From positions 39,922 to 103,921 of IMG/VR virus record IMGVR_UViG_3300023179_000001: a stretch of DNA of 64,000 nt; one strand, 5' to 3'. The notes beneath the pieces were generated by a model. It did no database searches and had not been told where the DNA came from. It saw nothing but the letters and a program-made list of their open reading frames with translations. How positions within the stretch are numbered: position 1 is the first letter of the stretch; the number at the start of each line of letters is the position of its first letter. This DNA is from a virus. The translations under genes and the position numbers were made by a program. Of this stretch, positions 57,801-64,000 are shown piece after piece.

Positions 57801-59956
57801 CCTGGGACTTGGACAGTGTAGGTTCCAGAACTGTAGCCTCCTAAGCTATCAGTTGTAACTGTATCAAAAGCCACTTTATTAAATGTATTCGAAAGAGTAC
57901 CTGATTGATTTCCTTCAACCAGGAGTCCCACTGTGCTTTCGGCAGCAGCCACAGATGGTGGGCCAGAGACACGTTGAATAGAAATATAATTGTCAGTAGC
58001 AGAAGTGCTTAGGCTCTTTGCGACAGACTCACCATGAGCAAGTCTTACGTCAATCCACTCTCCTGCAAGTAAACTTAAAGAAGTTGATCCAGAAATAGAA
58101 AGAGAATCAACCGAAGCAGACCAGCCAGCGATTGCCGCCGATGCGAAAAATGTAAAATCAACACCAACACCCAAAATTTGATTTCCAGCCAATTCTGAAG
58201 TAGCAGAGTAAGTTGAATCGTTATATTTTGAAAAAGTAAAATACGCATATCCAGATCGAACCGTAACCGACACTGGAGATCTGTTTGCGTCGAGCCTAGC
58301 ACCTTCGCCAACCAAATATGTTGTAGAACTTTGGTAGGTGTCTGAGCTTGCGATAAGACCAGAAGGAAAGCCAATTCGCATTTCAGATGCCGTAACAGTC
58401 CCAGAAGCGAACCGCCCTCTAACTTCTAAATTTCCACCGTTTCTTCTCCAATAAATACCTTTAGAAGTGATTGTGCCAACACCAGCCGTTACCGATGGTG
58501 TATAGCTCTGCCACTCAGTAACAATCGGGGTGACTCGTTTGGATTGCATAAGAGAATGTTTGTCATTCTTCTTATACAAATACATTGAGACATCGTTTGG
58601 AGTTGTGAAAGTGCTAATAGCAAAGTTTGCAGAACACTCAATTTGATAGAGTCCACTGACAGGGGCAGTAAATTTCCATTCAGGAGAAGTAGAAACATTG
58701 GTTAGAGTTTCAGATTCTCTAGTTGGAAAAGATAAACGAGTGGGTGTCGCACCAGAGGCAATAGATTGGCCAGCAGTTGAGCTATATCTTGCTCCGATTT
58801 GTGTGTAGGAGCCAAAGTAAACAGATTCGTTTTTTACAGAGATAGAATCAAAAGCTATTGAGTATGCTTGCGTAGAGGCAGACGCAACGTGGAAAACTAA
58901 AGCATAGCTTGTGACAGAACTATCTGTTTGGAATGAAGCCATGTGGCTCATTGTTTTTCCAACTGAACCAGCAGAAATCAGATGTGCTCCTGGCTGGACA
59001 ACCACAGGGGTTCCAGTTGGATCTTGAATAATATAAACAGACAAATCCCCAGTCTCAAATGTCCCAGAGAGAAGCTCATAATCAAAACTTATAACTAATT
59101 GCTTTGCCAGATCGCCACGCTCAACGGAAAACTGATAAGCAACGCCTTCGCCTCTTCTGTTTGCAGCATCTTTTACGAAATTAAAATCCGAAACTCCACG
59201 GATTGGAGAAGTGGTTGATCTTTCCCAAAGAATAGATGCGCTACCGCCAACTCCATCTTCGGGAGCAGAAGCCACTGCATCTTTGTATTTTACCCATCCA
59301 AGAGAATCAAACTCAGCATCAGGATTTGAAATGTAATTAGGTCTTAAAGATGTACCAGCACCGCCTGAGCCAGAACCTTGGCCTACGTTGTAAATTCTTG
59401 GTGATCCTGAAACAGAGTTTTCAATAATGCTTGTAGCACTGCCAGCAGTTTTATAAGCAGTCGCAGCAGTGGCCTGTAAATCAATCCAGCCAATAGGAAT
59501 GTTGACACTGGTAGAAGGAAAAAGGCTTCCAGCGTTTGCAAGTCCTGCAAGGGTGGCACTTGCATCAGACCATTGGGCTTTGATTTCACCATTACTTTTT
59601 AAAGAAAGAGCGAGCCTTCTGTATTGTCCAACCGTAGTTGTAGGGAAAGTTAAGCTATCAAAAGTAGCTCCAGTAGTGGCACCAGTCTGAAAATTGATTG
59701 TAGTTAGAGGGACAGTGGGGACATTGCTTTGAGATGGAGGCGAGCTAACCGCAGTTCCATCTGCTTTGGTGACAGTGTTTGATTCAATGTTTAGCTTGGC
59801 ATCAGAGGGGTTTGACGCAAATAACCTCAAAGGAGAATTGAAGTTAGTATCAAAACCAGAAAGAATATCCTTAGTATCTGTATTTGCAGCTTTTCTTGAG
59901 ACTGGTAATGCTGCTGCATTTACCGATTGATCATTTTGAATCTTAGTTCTGCCCAT
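54848..59956 (-). CDS. Giant Ser/Thr-rich fibre protein (duplicated CBM-like domains, C1q-like domains, tail-collar domain)
   Basis: Collar motif DGSAVSRTTYADLF..IGTTYG.G.G.TTFNIPDLRG.FLRG...ETRP.N; four C1q-like (F/Y).(AP/VQ)V.G.Y units; FTGDG..K.FTL module. Confidence 0.85.
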   Translation of the reverse strand: MGRTKIQNDQSVNAAALPVSRKAANTDTKDILSGFDTNFNSPLRLFASNPSDAKLNIESNTVTKADGTAVSSPPSQSNVPTVPLTTINFQTGATTGATFDSLTFPTTTVGQYRRLALSLKSNGEIKAQWSDASATLAGLANAGSLFPSTSVNIPIGWIDLQATAATAYKTAGSATSIIENSVSGSPRIYNVGQGSGSGGAGTSLRPNYISNPDAEFDSLGWVKYKDAVASAPEDGVGGSASILWERSTTSPIRGVSDFNFVKDAANRRGEGVAYQFSVERGDLAKQLVISFDYELLSGTFETGDLSVYIIQDPTGTPVVVQPGAHLISAGSVGKTMSHMASFQTDSSVTSYALVFHVASASTQAYSIAFDSISVKNESVYFGSYTQIGARYSSTAGQSIASGATPTRLSFPTRESETLTNVSTSPEWKFTAPVSGLYQIECSANFAISTFTTPNDVSMYLYKKNDKHSLMQSKRVTPIVTEWQSYTPSVTAGVGTITSKGIYWRRNGGNLEVRGRFASGTVTASEMRIGFPSGLIASSDTYQSSTTYLVGEGARLDANRSPVSVTVRSGYAYFTFSKYNDSTYSATSELAGNQILGVGVDFTFFASAAIAGWSASVDSLSISGSTSLSLLAGEWIDVRLAHGESVAKSLSTSATDNYISIQRVSGPPSVAAAESTVGLLVEGNQSGTLSNTFNKVAFDTVTTDSLGGYSSGTYTVQVPGLYDITATVSTTATYAAGEKLVASVFVDGVEKARGQAFSASPGVQGPVGEIIATGSATPPSGCLYADGSAVSRTTYADLFASIGTTYGAGNGTTTFNIPDLRGVFLRGTGSQTIGGITYTGALGTKQGDQMQGHKHNAPTYNGVSGGGNEVGSGNWGADYYPAVTTDVPVSDGTNGTPRTGSETRPANVAVAYHVRFTATPFTIALTSSSSVNVKAVNLKAGQTVDIRVLQEGTGATFNNTQKANFSLSRVAGPFAVPTGNTRGGNLTTDVFTGDGVTKSFTLSTIPSVEANVQVYISGVYQSKNSYTIFGSTITFDEAPPVGESNIEVVSGEPLDINVPGDDTVSTVKIKDLNVTGEKLADGSVSFAKLASDVTNKFSAGYIANGSAEVDTAGWSTYNDGAVAMPVDGTGGAATLTWTRSTSSPIRGVASFRLTKTAANSQGQGVSYPFTIEKADQAKVLTITFDYEVVSGTYADGDVTTYIYDVTNSQIIQPAGYTVQNVASGIKNKHIATFQTSATGTSYRLIFHVASTSASAYVLGIDNVVVGPQTVQYGAPVTDWATETRVAWSGSLTSLGNGTAAYKSRRVGDSLEIEASLNVGSTTATTSTAALRLDLTGITIDGNKGTEFYGNSALGGSGYFIDYSTNIRYVLSPYRASSSQITFHSSANSNDVFKSGMPVAFASGDVVTVRALIPITGWSSTVQMSSDTDTRVVAASYYVASSVTVGASCINYDGKFFDTHNAVTTGVGSWVFKAPVPGYYKVSGSAYTSVASDIQLSKNGTRTHYMTTAHSNVVSFSGLVNCNAGDTLQVYSGQTGTVYGVAGGTYYNVVNIERISGPSTIAASETVACSYTNTAGTSIPAGGGLSGVPFATKNFDTHNAWNGTTFTAPVSGKYQVSCNVFFSSAAWSVSAKSLRVVKGSDAYYPPVFVPSVGYTNALGVGGTILLQMLAGETFYIHAQHNEGSSRDLSTQAGTNLLQIVRIGN

Positions 59957-59976
59957 TCTTAAACCTCTGTTTTCCT

Positions 59977-60002
59977 ATATCGGCAATAGGCTTATTTTTT
60001 GA
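59977..60002 (-). promoter_or_regulatory. Sigma-28-type promoter upstream of the giant fibre gene
   Basis: TCAA-N14-GCCGATAT; the -10 is a perfect SigD/FliA match. Confidence 0.6.
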
Positions 60003-60546
60003 ACCTCAACCACTCAGTTAGTGGAGGCAGCTTCTCGTCTTTAGAACTCAAAACCGGATTGATGTTCTGTGGAAAGAATTTCTTGATTTCTAGCGAATCC
60101 CATCTGGCACCTCCATCATACTTTGGTTGATAATAAGTAGTGCAATCATACTCCACGATTGCGACATCCGAAAGGGTTAGAAACCCATGCAGACATCCTG
60201 GTGGAACGTAGATCGCATTTAGTTTTTTATAATCGAGTTCTACGGCATAACCTTTCATGAACGTAGAACTCATAAGCCTTGCGTCAAAAACTACATCCCA
60301 AACTTTTCCATAAAGACAGGTAACAAGTTTCCCCTGTGGTTTAGACCACATGGAGTGCATACCTCTTAAAACATTTTTTTTAGATAAAGATACGTTTCGT
60401 TGAACGAATTTCTCTTCAAAATCACAAGCCCTAAATAGCTCTGAGAAATGTCCTCTTTGATCTGAGTAAACTTCTCTTTCTAGCGTATAGCAGTTTGTAA
60501 TAGGGGTTGTTTCACGACATTCCATAAGTTCTTTGCTCTCTAACAA
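59992..60546 (-). CDS. rmlC: dTDP-4-dehydrorhamnose 3,5-epimerase
   Basis: DQRG.FSE.F, FVQ.N.S.S...VLRGMH, QGKLV.C..G, DV..D.R, HGF.TL, LS.KD. Confidence 0.93.
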   Translation of the reverse strand: MLESKELMECRETTPITNCYTLEREVYSDQRGHFSELFRACDFEEKFVQRNVSLSKKNVLRGMHSMWSKPQGKLVTCLYGKVWDVVFDARLMSSTFMKGYAVELDYKKLNAIYVPPGCLHGFLTLSDVAIVEYDCTTYYQPKYDGGARWDSLEIKKFFPQNINPVLSSKDEKLPPLTEWLRFKK

Positions 60547-60571
60547 GTTTATTTTAAATGGAATACCAGAT

Positions 60572-61549
60572 TCAACCCCCTTTAAATTCTACCAAATAAT
60601 AATCCACTGTCTTTAAAAGATTTTCATGCAAGTTTGGAGAAGGTTTCCATCCTAACGCCTTGAGTTTATCGCAGTTGATCGCATAACGTTTATCATCAGT
60701 GGGCCTATCGTTCGTAAACTCAATATCTAATTCTAAACCCTTATGTCTTTCTTTCATCGCATCAAAAACAGAATTGATGATACTCAGGTTTGTTTTTTCA
60801 CACTCACCGCCAATGCAATACTTTTCCCCTGTCACGCCACTGTGCGACAATAAGTACAGTGCTTCACAGTGATCATCCACCCAGAGCCAATCTCTGATGT
60901 TTTGTCCATTTCCGTAGACTCTAACTGGTTTTTTTCTTCTTAATCTCTGGATTGTTGCAGGAATGAGTTTTTCAAAGTGTTGATTAGGTCCAAAGTTATT
61001 AGAGCAATTAGTTACAATCGCAGGTACTCCATAGGTGTGAAAATACGATTGAACAATGTGATCGCTCCCAGCTTTTGTAGCAGAATAGGGACTTCGTGGT
61101 TTTACATTGGTTAGCTCAGAGAATGGATCCTCATCCATTTCCAGTTCTCCATAAACTTCATCTGTAGAAACGTGGATAAACCTTTTTGACTTATCTCCCT
61201 GCCAGAGTTGTCTAAACTCTTCTATTAAGTGAAAGGTTCCAAGTACATTAGTTGTAACAAAATCCTTTGGCCCAGCAATACTTCTGCAAACATGAGATTC
61301 AGCGGCTAAATGAAAAATAGCATCTGGCTTATGCTTCTGCATGGCCCTAGCCACTGCGAGATGATCACGAATATCTATAATCTCTTCTTGATAATTAATT
61401 TTATTATGGAATGCCCATTTTCTTAGAAAGGATGGATTTGCAGCGTAGGTTAGGGAATCGACTAGAACAACTTCTTTCCCCAGTTCTAAAAGATATTTAC
61501 AAAGATTGGAGCCAATAAAGCCGTAGCCCCCAGTGACCATGTACTTCAT
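60572..61549 (-). CDS. rmlB: dTDP-glucose 4,6-dehydratase
   Basis: VTGG.GFIGS, D.LTYA, HLAAESHV, HVSTDEVYG, PYSATKA, NCSNN.GP.Q..EKLIP, RDWL.V.DH. Confidence 0.95.
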   Translation of the reverse strand: MKYMVTGGYGFIGSNLCKYLLELGKEVVLVDSLTYAANPSFLRKWAFHNKINYQEEIIDIRDHLAVARAMQKHKPDAIFHLAAESHVCRSIAGPKDFVTTNVLGTFHLIEEFRQLWQGDKSKRFIHVSTDEVYGELEMDEDPFSELTNVKPRSPYSATKAGSDHIVQSYFHTYGVPAIVTNCSNNFGPNQHFEKLIPATIQRLRRKKPVRVYGNGQNIRDWLWVDDHCEALYLLSHSGVTGEKYCIGGECEKTNLSIINSVFDAMKERHKGLELDIEFTNDRPTDDKRYAINCDKLKALGWKPSPNLHENLLKTVDYYLVEFKGG

Positions 61550-61691
61550 TGAATCCCCCAATCCAATCGTCTTTTGAAACGATTTACTCAAATATTTATA
61601 AATTTTAATCTGAAACGCTTCAAGAAACGATTGGATCTTAAAATATATCGTATTTTTATTTTAATATCTAAAGAGCACTGCGTCTTTAATT

Positions 61692-61746
61692 AGTGATGCT
61701 TGCAGTGATGATCACAGTGATGTTTGCAGTGATGATCACAGTGATG
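61692..61746. repeat. Five AGTGATG copies at exact 12-bp period (24-bp higher-order unit)
   Basis: AGTGATG at 61692, 61704, 61716, 61728 and 61740; intergenic, next to a very AT-rich tract. Confidence 0.85.
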
Positions 61747-61827
61747 TCCAACCGAAGAACATCCGGCAATAAAAAATACCAAAGAGAATGCTAATAACAA
61801 CTTTTTCATATACTTCTCCATTGTTAA

Positions 61828-62205
61828 TTATTCTTCTAAGATGCCGTCCAAGGCCATTACTTGTTCGGCACTTATTTTTATGTTTTCACCAAGATCCAGT
61901 ATCTTTATTTTTGGAACTTCCACTTCTACTTGCAATAAAGATTCTAATTCTTTTAAAAAATCACTTGTTTTTTCTTTGTCTACCGAATAAATCCCATCTG
62001 CGTTTTTACAAATCTCTCCTTTTTTGTTTTTCTTAGCAAACTTTTTAACAAGCTCTTGTCTCAGTTCTTCAAACTTCTTTTGCTCATCTTGAACAATTGA
62101 AGTTATTTTTTTTAACTTATAAGCAGCCAAAACTGGCAACTCAGCTTTTAATAATTTTTCAAATGAATTAGAAAATTTTGAATTTACTATCGAAGATAAT
62201 TTCAT
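61828..62205 (-). CDS. Small helical protein typical of fibre loci (possible assembly chaperone)
   Basis: L....LP...AYKL.K......E...FE..R..L.KK..., F..EL..LL..EVE; follows the fibre gene; GGAG RBS. Confidence 0.6.
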   Translation of the reverse strand: MKLSSIVNSKFSNSFEKLLKAELPVLAAYKLKKITSIVQDEQKKFEELRQELVKKFAKKNKKGEICKNADGIYSVDKEKTSDFLKELESLLQVEVEVPKIKILDLGENIKISAEQVMALDGILEE

Positions 62206-62246
62206 AAAAATTCTCCAAAAATATTTAATACTTTAAAAATAATAAT

Positions 62247-62401
62247 TCATTCTGATGATTTTTTCTATTCTATTGAGAGAAAAACTGATTTGCTATTACT
62301 TAGTTTTTATTATTTCTAAAAACTTAAACACTCCATAAATAAAAACAAAAAAAGTTACTATTCCGCTTACATGGTAGGTCATTCTGATGATTTTTTCTAT
62401 T
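62247..62401. repeat. 23-bp perfect direct repeat, two copies
   Basis: TCATTCTGATGATTTTTTCTATT at 62247-62269 and 62379-62401. Confidence 0.85.
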
Positions 62402-62406
62402 TCCAT

Positions 62407-62436
62407 AAAAAAGAGCCTCCCCCGAAAGGGAGGCTC
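62407..62436 (-). terminator. Intrinsic terminator after the fibre gene
   Basis: GAGCCTCCC-TTTCGG-GGGAGGCTC followed by T6 on the minus strand. Confidence 0.85.
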
Positions 62437-62450
62437 CCCATTACATTATT

Positions 62451-64000
62451 TTAGTGAGCTAACCACATTGACAACGTGCTGTCCCAAATTAATTGGACAG
62501 ATTCGTAAGCAACCCCAAGGTTAAAACCACTGGCACCGTCAATGGTTTGCCCTGCGTTTGCAACGATGTTGATTGAACCCGCTCCAGATCCGTCTTTAAT
62601 AACGTGGAACTGACCGTCAACTGGACTAGCAGGCATAGTATAGACCACACCCGAGGCAGTTGCGATTTGATACGGCTCGCTGTTTGCGATTGTATAACTA
62701 GAGCTCTTTCTTACTTTTCGATAGGAAAGACCTCGTCCTAATACAGCGTGGTCGGTTTGTAACGCAAGTGGCAGCCTCTCAGTAGCATCACTTGAATTCC
62801 TTCGTAAATCAAACTTGATTTGAGTTTGATTGTTTGAAGAAGGATCGGTAAAGTTCGCAAAAACCATTTTTGCGTACCCTCGGCTCTCGCCAGCATCGGC
62901 TGGTCTTGATAGCGACCAGTCCACTGGTACTTCAGCGTTTTTCAGGAAATTTACTTTGTCGCCAAAGATTTCCATTACATCCACTCTTGAAGTTCCACCA
63001 GCAGCGGTAGCTTGGAATACCATCTTAGTTCCAGCAGCACCAGCACTGTGCTGTTCAACTGCGTTAGCTACGATTCTTGCCCGACCGCTGTTGTATGTGC
63101 TACCGTCCCATGCTCGGAATCCCAACTGCCCAACCATATCCCCGCTTGCTAAGTAGTCTGGAGTTCCAGCATTATCTCTTGATTTCTCAAGAGCAAGTAC
63201 AGGGCCGTTTCCAGCGGTATTGCTACTTAATCTTACCGAGCTTACTGGAGAAACTCCGGTGGCTCCATTTACCAAGAATGCTCTTTCAGAAGAAGACGAT
63301 GAGACAAAGCTTACTGAAGCTTTTCCATACATCTCAACTGACTTGTCACTGTTTATTTGCACCGCAGTGGCAAGCGTTGTTGAGCCGCTTGGTGTTACTT
63401 GGAATTGCATATAACCAGGAGCCGAAGTGTTAGTAAATGCATCGCTAGCTTTTACGATGATTTGCGCTGCATCTCGGAAAACTCCAGTATCTCCCATGCC
63501 GCCCCATGTGAAGCGACCAATAGAGTCGCCCGTTTGAACAGCAGAAGGACTTGCAAGGGTCCCTCTTGATTTTCTAAAAGAAAACCGATGCTGTGCGGAT
63601 GCGGTTTCTGAATATCTAACTCCAGCGATTCTTGGATCTGTGGTTGCGTCTGAATCTGCCACAACCCATAGGCTGTTATTATTATTTCCAGACATTTGGT
63701 CAACACTACCACCGCCAATTTGCAATCCGTAAGCAAGATATTCCTTATTTGGTCTATTTACTCCGACTGCACCGATATTCTTAGATGCGTCTGTTCCAAA
63801 AAGTAAATGCTCATTAATAGCTACGTTTTCAAGGTTGCTTAGAGATCTTGCAGCTTTGCCAGAAATCGTTGTCTCAAGACCTGTGATATCTGCTTCTGCG
63901 ACATCCATTCGACCTTCAAGACCTGTGATATCTGCTTCTGCGACATCCATTCGACCTTCAAGACCTGTGATATCTGCTTCTGCGACATCCATTCGACCTT
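62451..64000 (-). CDS. Fibre protein, C-terminal part (start lies beyond the window)
   Basis: Heptad coiled-coil repeats, two KSR(G/D).......GD..G...F/W beta modules, C-terminal Y...A....T.PASP.DG....IKD..G....I......TIDG. Confidence 0.8.
   Translation of the reverse strand, partial: GRMDVAEADITGLEGRMDVAEADITGLEGRMDVAEADITGLETTISGKAARSLSNLENVAINEHLLFGTDASKNIGAVGVNRPNKEYLAYGLQIGGGSVDQMSGNNNNSLWVVADSDATTDPRIAGVRYSETASAQHRFSFRKSRGTLASPSAVQTGDSIGRFTWGGMGDTGVFRDAAQIIVKASDAFTNTSAPGYMQFQVTPSGSTTLATAVQINSDKSVEMYGKASVSFVSSSSSERAFLVNGATGVSPVSSVRLSSNTAGNGPVLALEKSRDNAGTPDYLASGDMVGQLGFRAWDGSTYNSGRARIVANAVEQHSAGAAGTKMVFQATAAGGTSRVDVMEIFGDKVNFLKNAEVPVDWSLSRPADAGESRGYAKMVFANFTDPSSNNQTQIKFDLRRNSSDATERLPLALQTDHAVLGRGLSYRKVRKSSSYTIANSEPYQIATASGVVYTMPASPVDGQFHVIKDGSGAGSINIVANAGQTIDGASGFNLGVAYESVQLIWDSTLSMWLAH
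63874..64000 (-). repeat. 42-bp perfect tandem repeat, at least 3 copies, encoding GRMDVAEADITGLE
   Basis: Identical units start at 63874, 63916 and 63958 and continue off the window edge. Confidence 0.95.

Noticed and set aside
51332-61600. T4-like late promoter TATAAATA upstream of the holin cluster (51332-51339) and rmlB (61593-61600)
   Set aside because: An all-A/T 8-mer is expected by chance in AT-rich spacers, and no gp55-like sigma was recognised in the window.
61692-62401. Mini CRISPR array
   Set aside because: The 12-bp unit has no unique spacers; the 23-bp repeat has only two copies with a 109-bp gap; no cas genes.
908-63736. Numerous 60-170 aa ORFs antisense or out of frame within assigned genes (e.g. 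1166-1507, 7316-7717, 19239-19607, 27093-27509, 30858-31373, 56628-56885)
   Set aside because: Shadow ORFs of well-supported genes, with no RBS or motifs.
1-64000. tRNA genes, stop-codon reassignment, inteins or introns in terL, dnaE, dnaB and recA
   Set aside because: No cloverleaf with a T-loop was found in intergenic gaps by eye; core genes are full length and uninterrupted in the standard code, with all three stop codons in use.

Overview
A 64-kb, gene-dense segment of a large tailed dsDNA bacteriophage using the standard genetic code. Spanin-like genes and several lipoproteins point to a probable Gram-negative host. Left arm (minus strand, 1-31.8 kb): partial portal protein resembling SPO1/Twort-type portals, two Lys-rich putative head proteins, a FliA-like sigma factor, a cold-shock protein, RmlD, terminase, three amino-DNA methyltransferases, a small early-gene cluster with an RHH repressor, and a recombination/replication block (RecU, SbcC/D, RecA, SSB, UvsY-like, DnaE, kinase), ending in a papain-like lipoprotein. 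A hairpin-rich, probably non-coding ~1.1-kb strand-switch region follows. Middle (mostly plus strand, 33-48 kb): UvsW-like helicase, a second sigma factor, DnaB, primase, ligase, a Zn-dependent HDAC-family deacetylase, a CobS/CobT-like AAA+/vWA pair and a glycosyltransferase. Right arm: DnaJ, a lysis cassette, and fibre genes interleaved with rmlB, rmlC, vioA-like and vioB-like genes and a GT2. The strongest candidate for a new system is a phage-encoded dTDP-rhamnose plus N-acetyl-viosamine glycosylation pathway wired into the fibre operon. Other notable signals are sigma-28-type promoters before lysis/fibre genes together with a phage FliA-like sigma, three distinct promoter classes, repeated phi-x-K-(S/A/G) putative maturation sites in the head proteins, nested domain insertions in the 1702-aa fibre, and iteron-like and structured non-coding elements. 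No tRNA, CRISPR array, reverse transcriptase or intron was recognised. All family assignments come from motif recognition by eye, not database searches.
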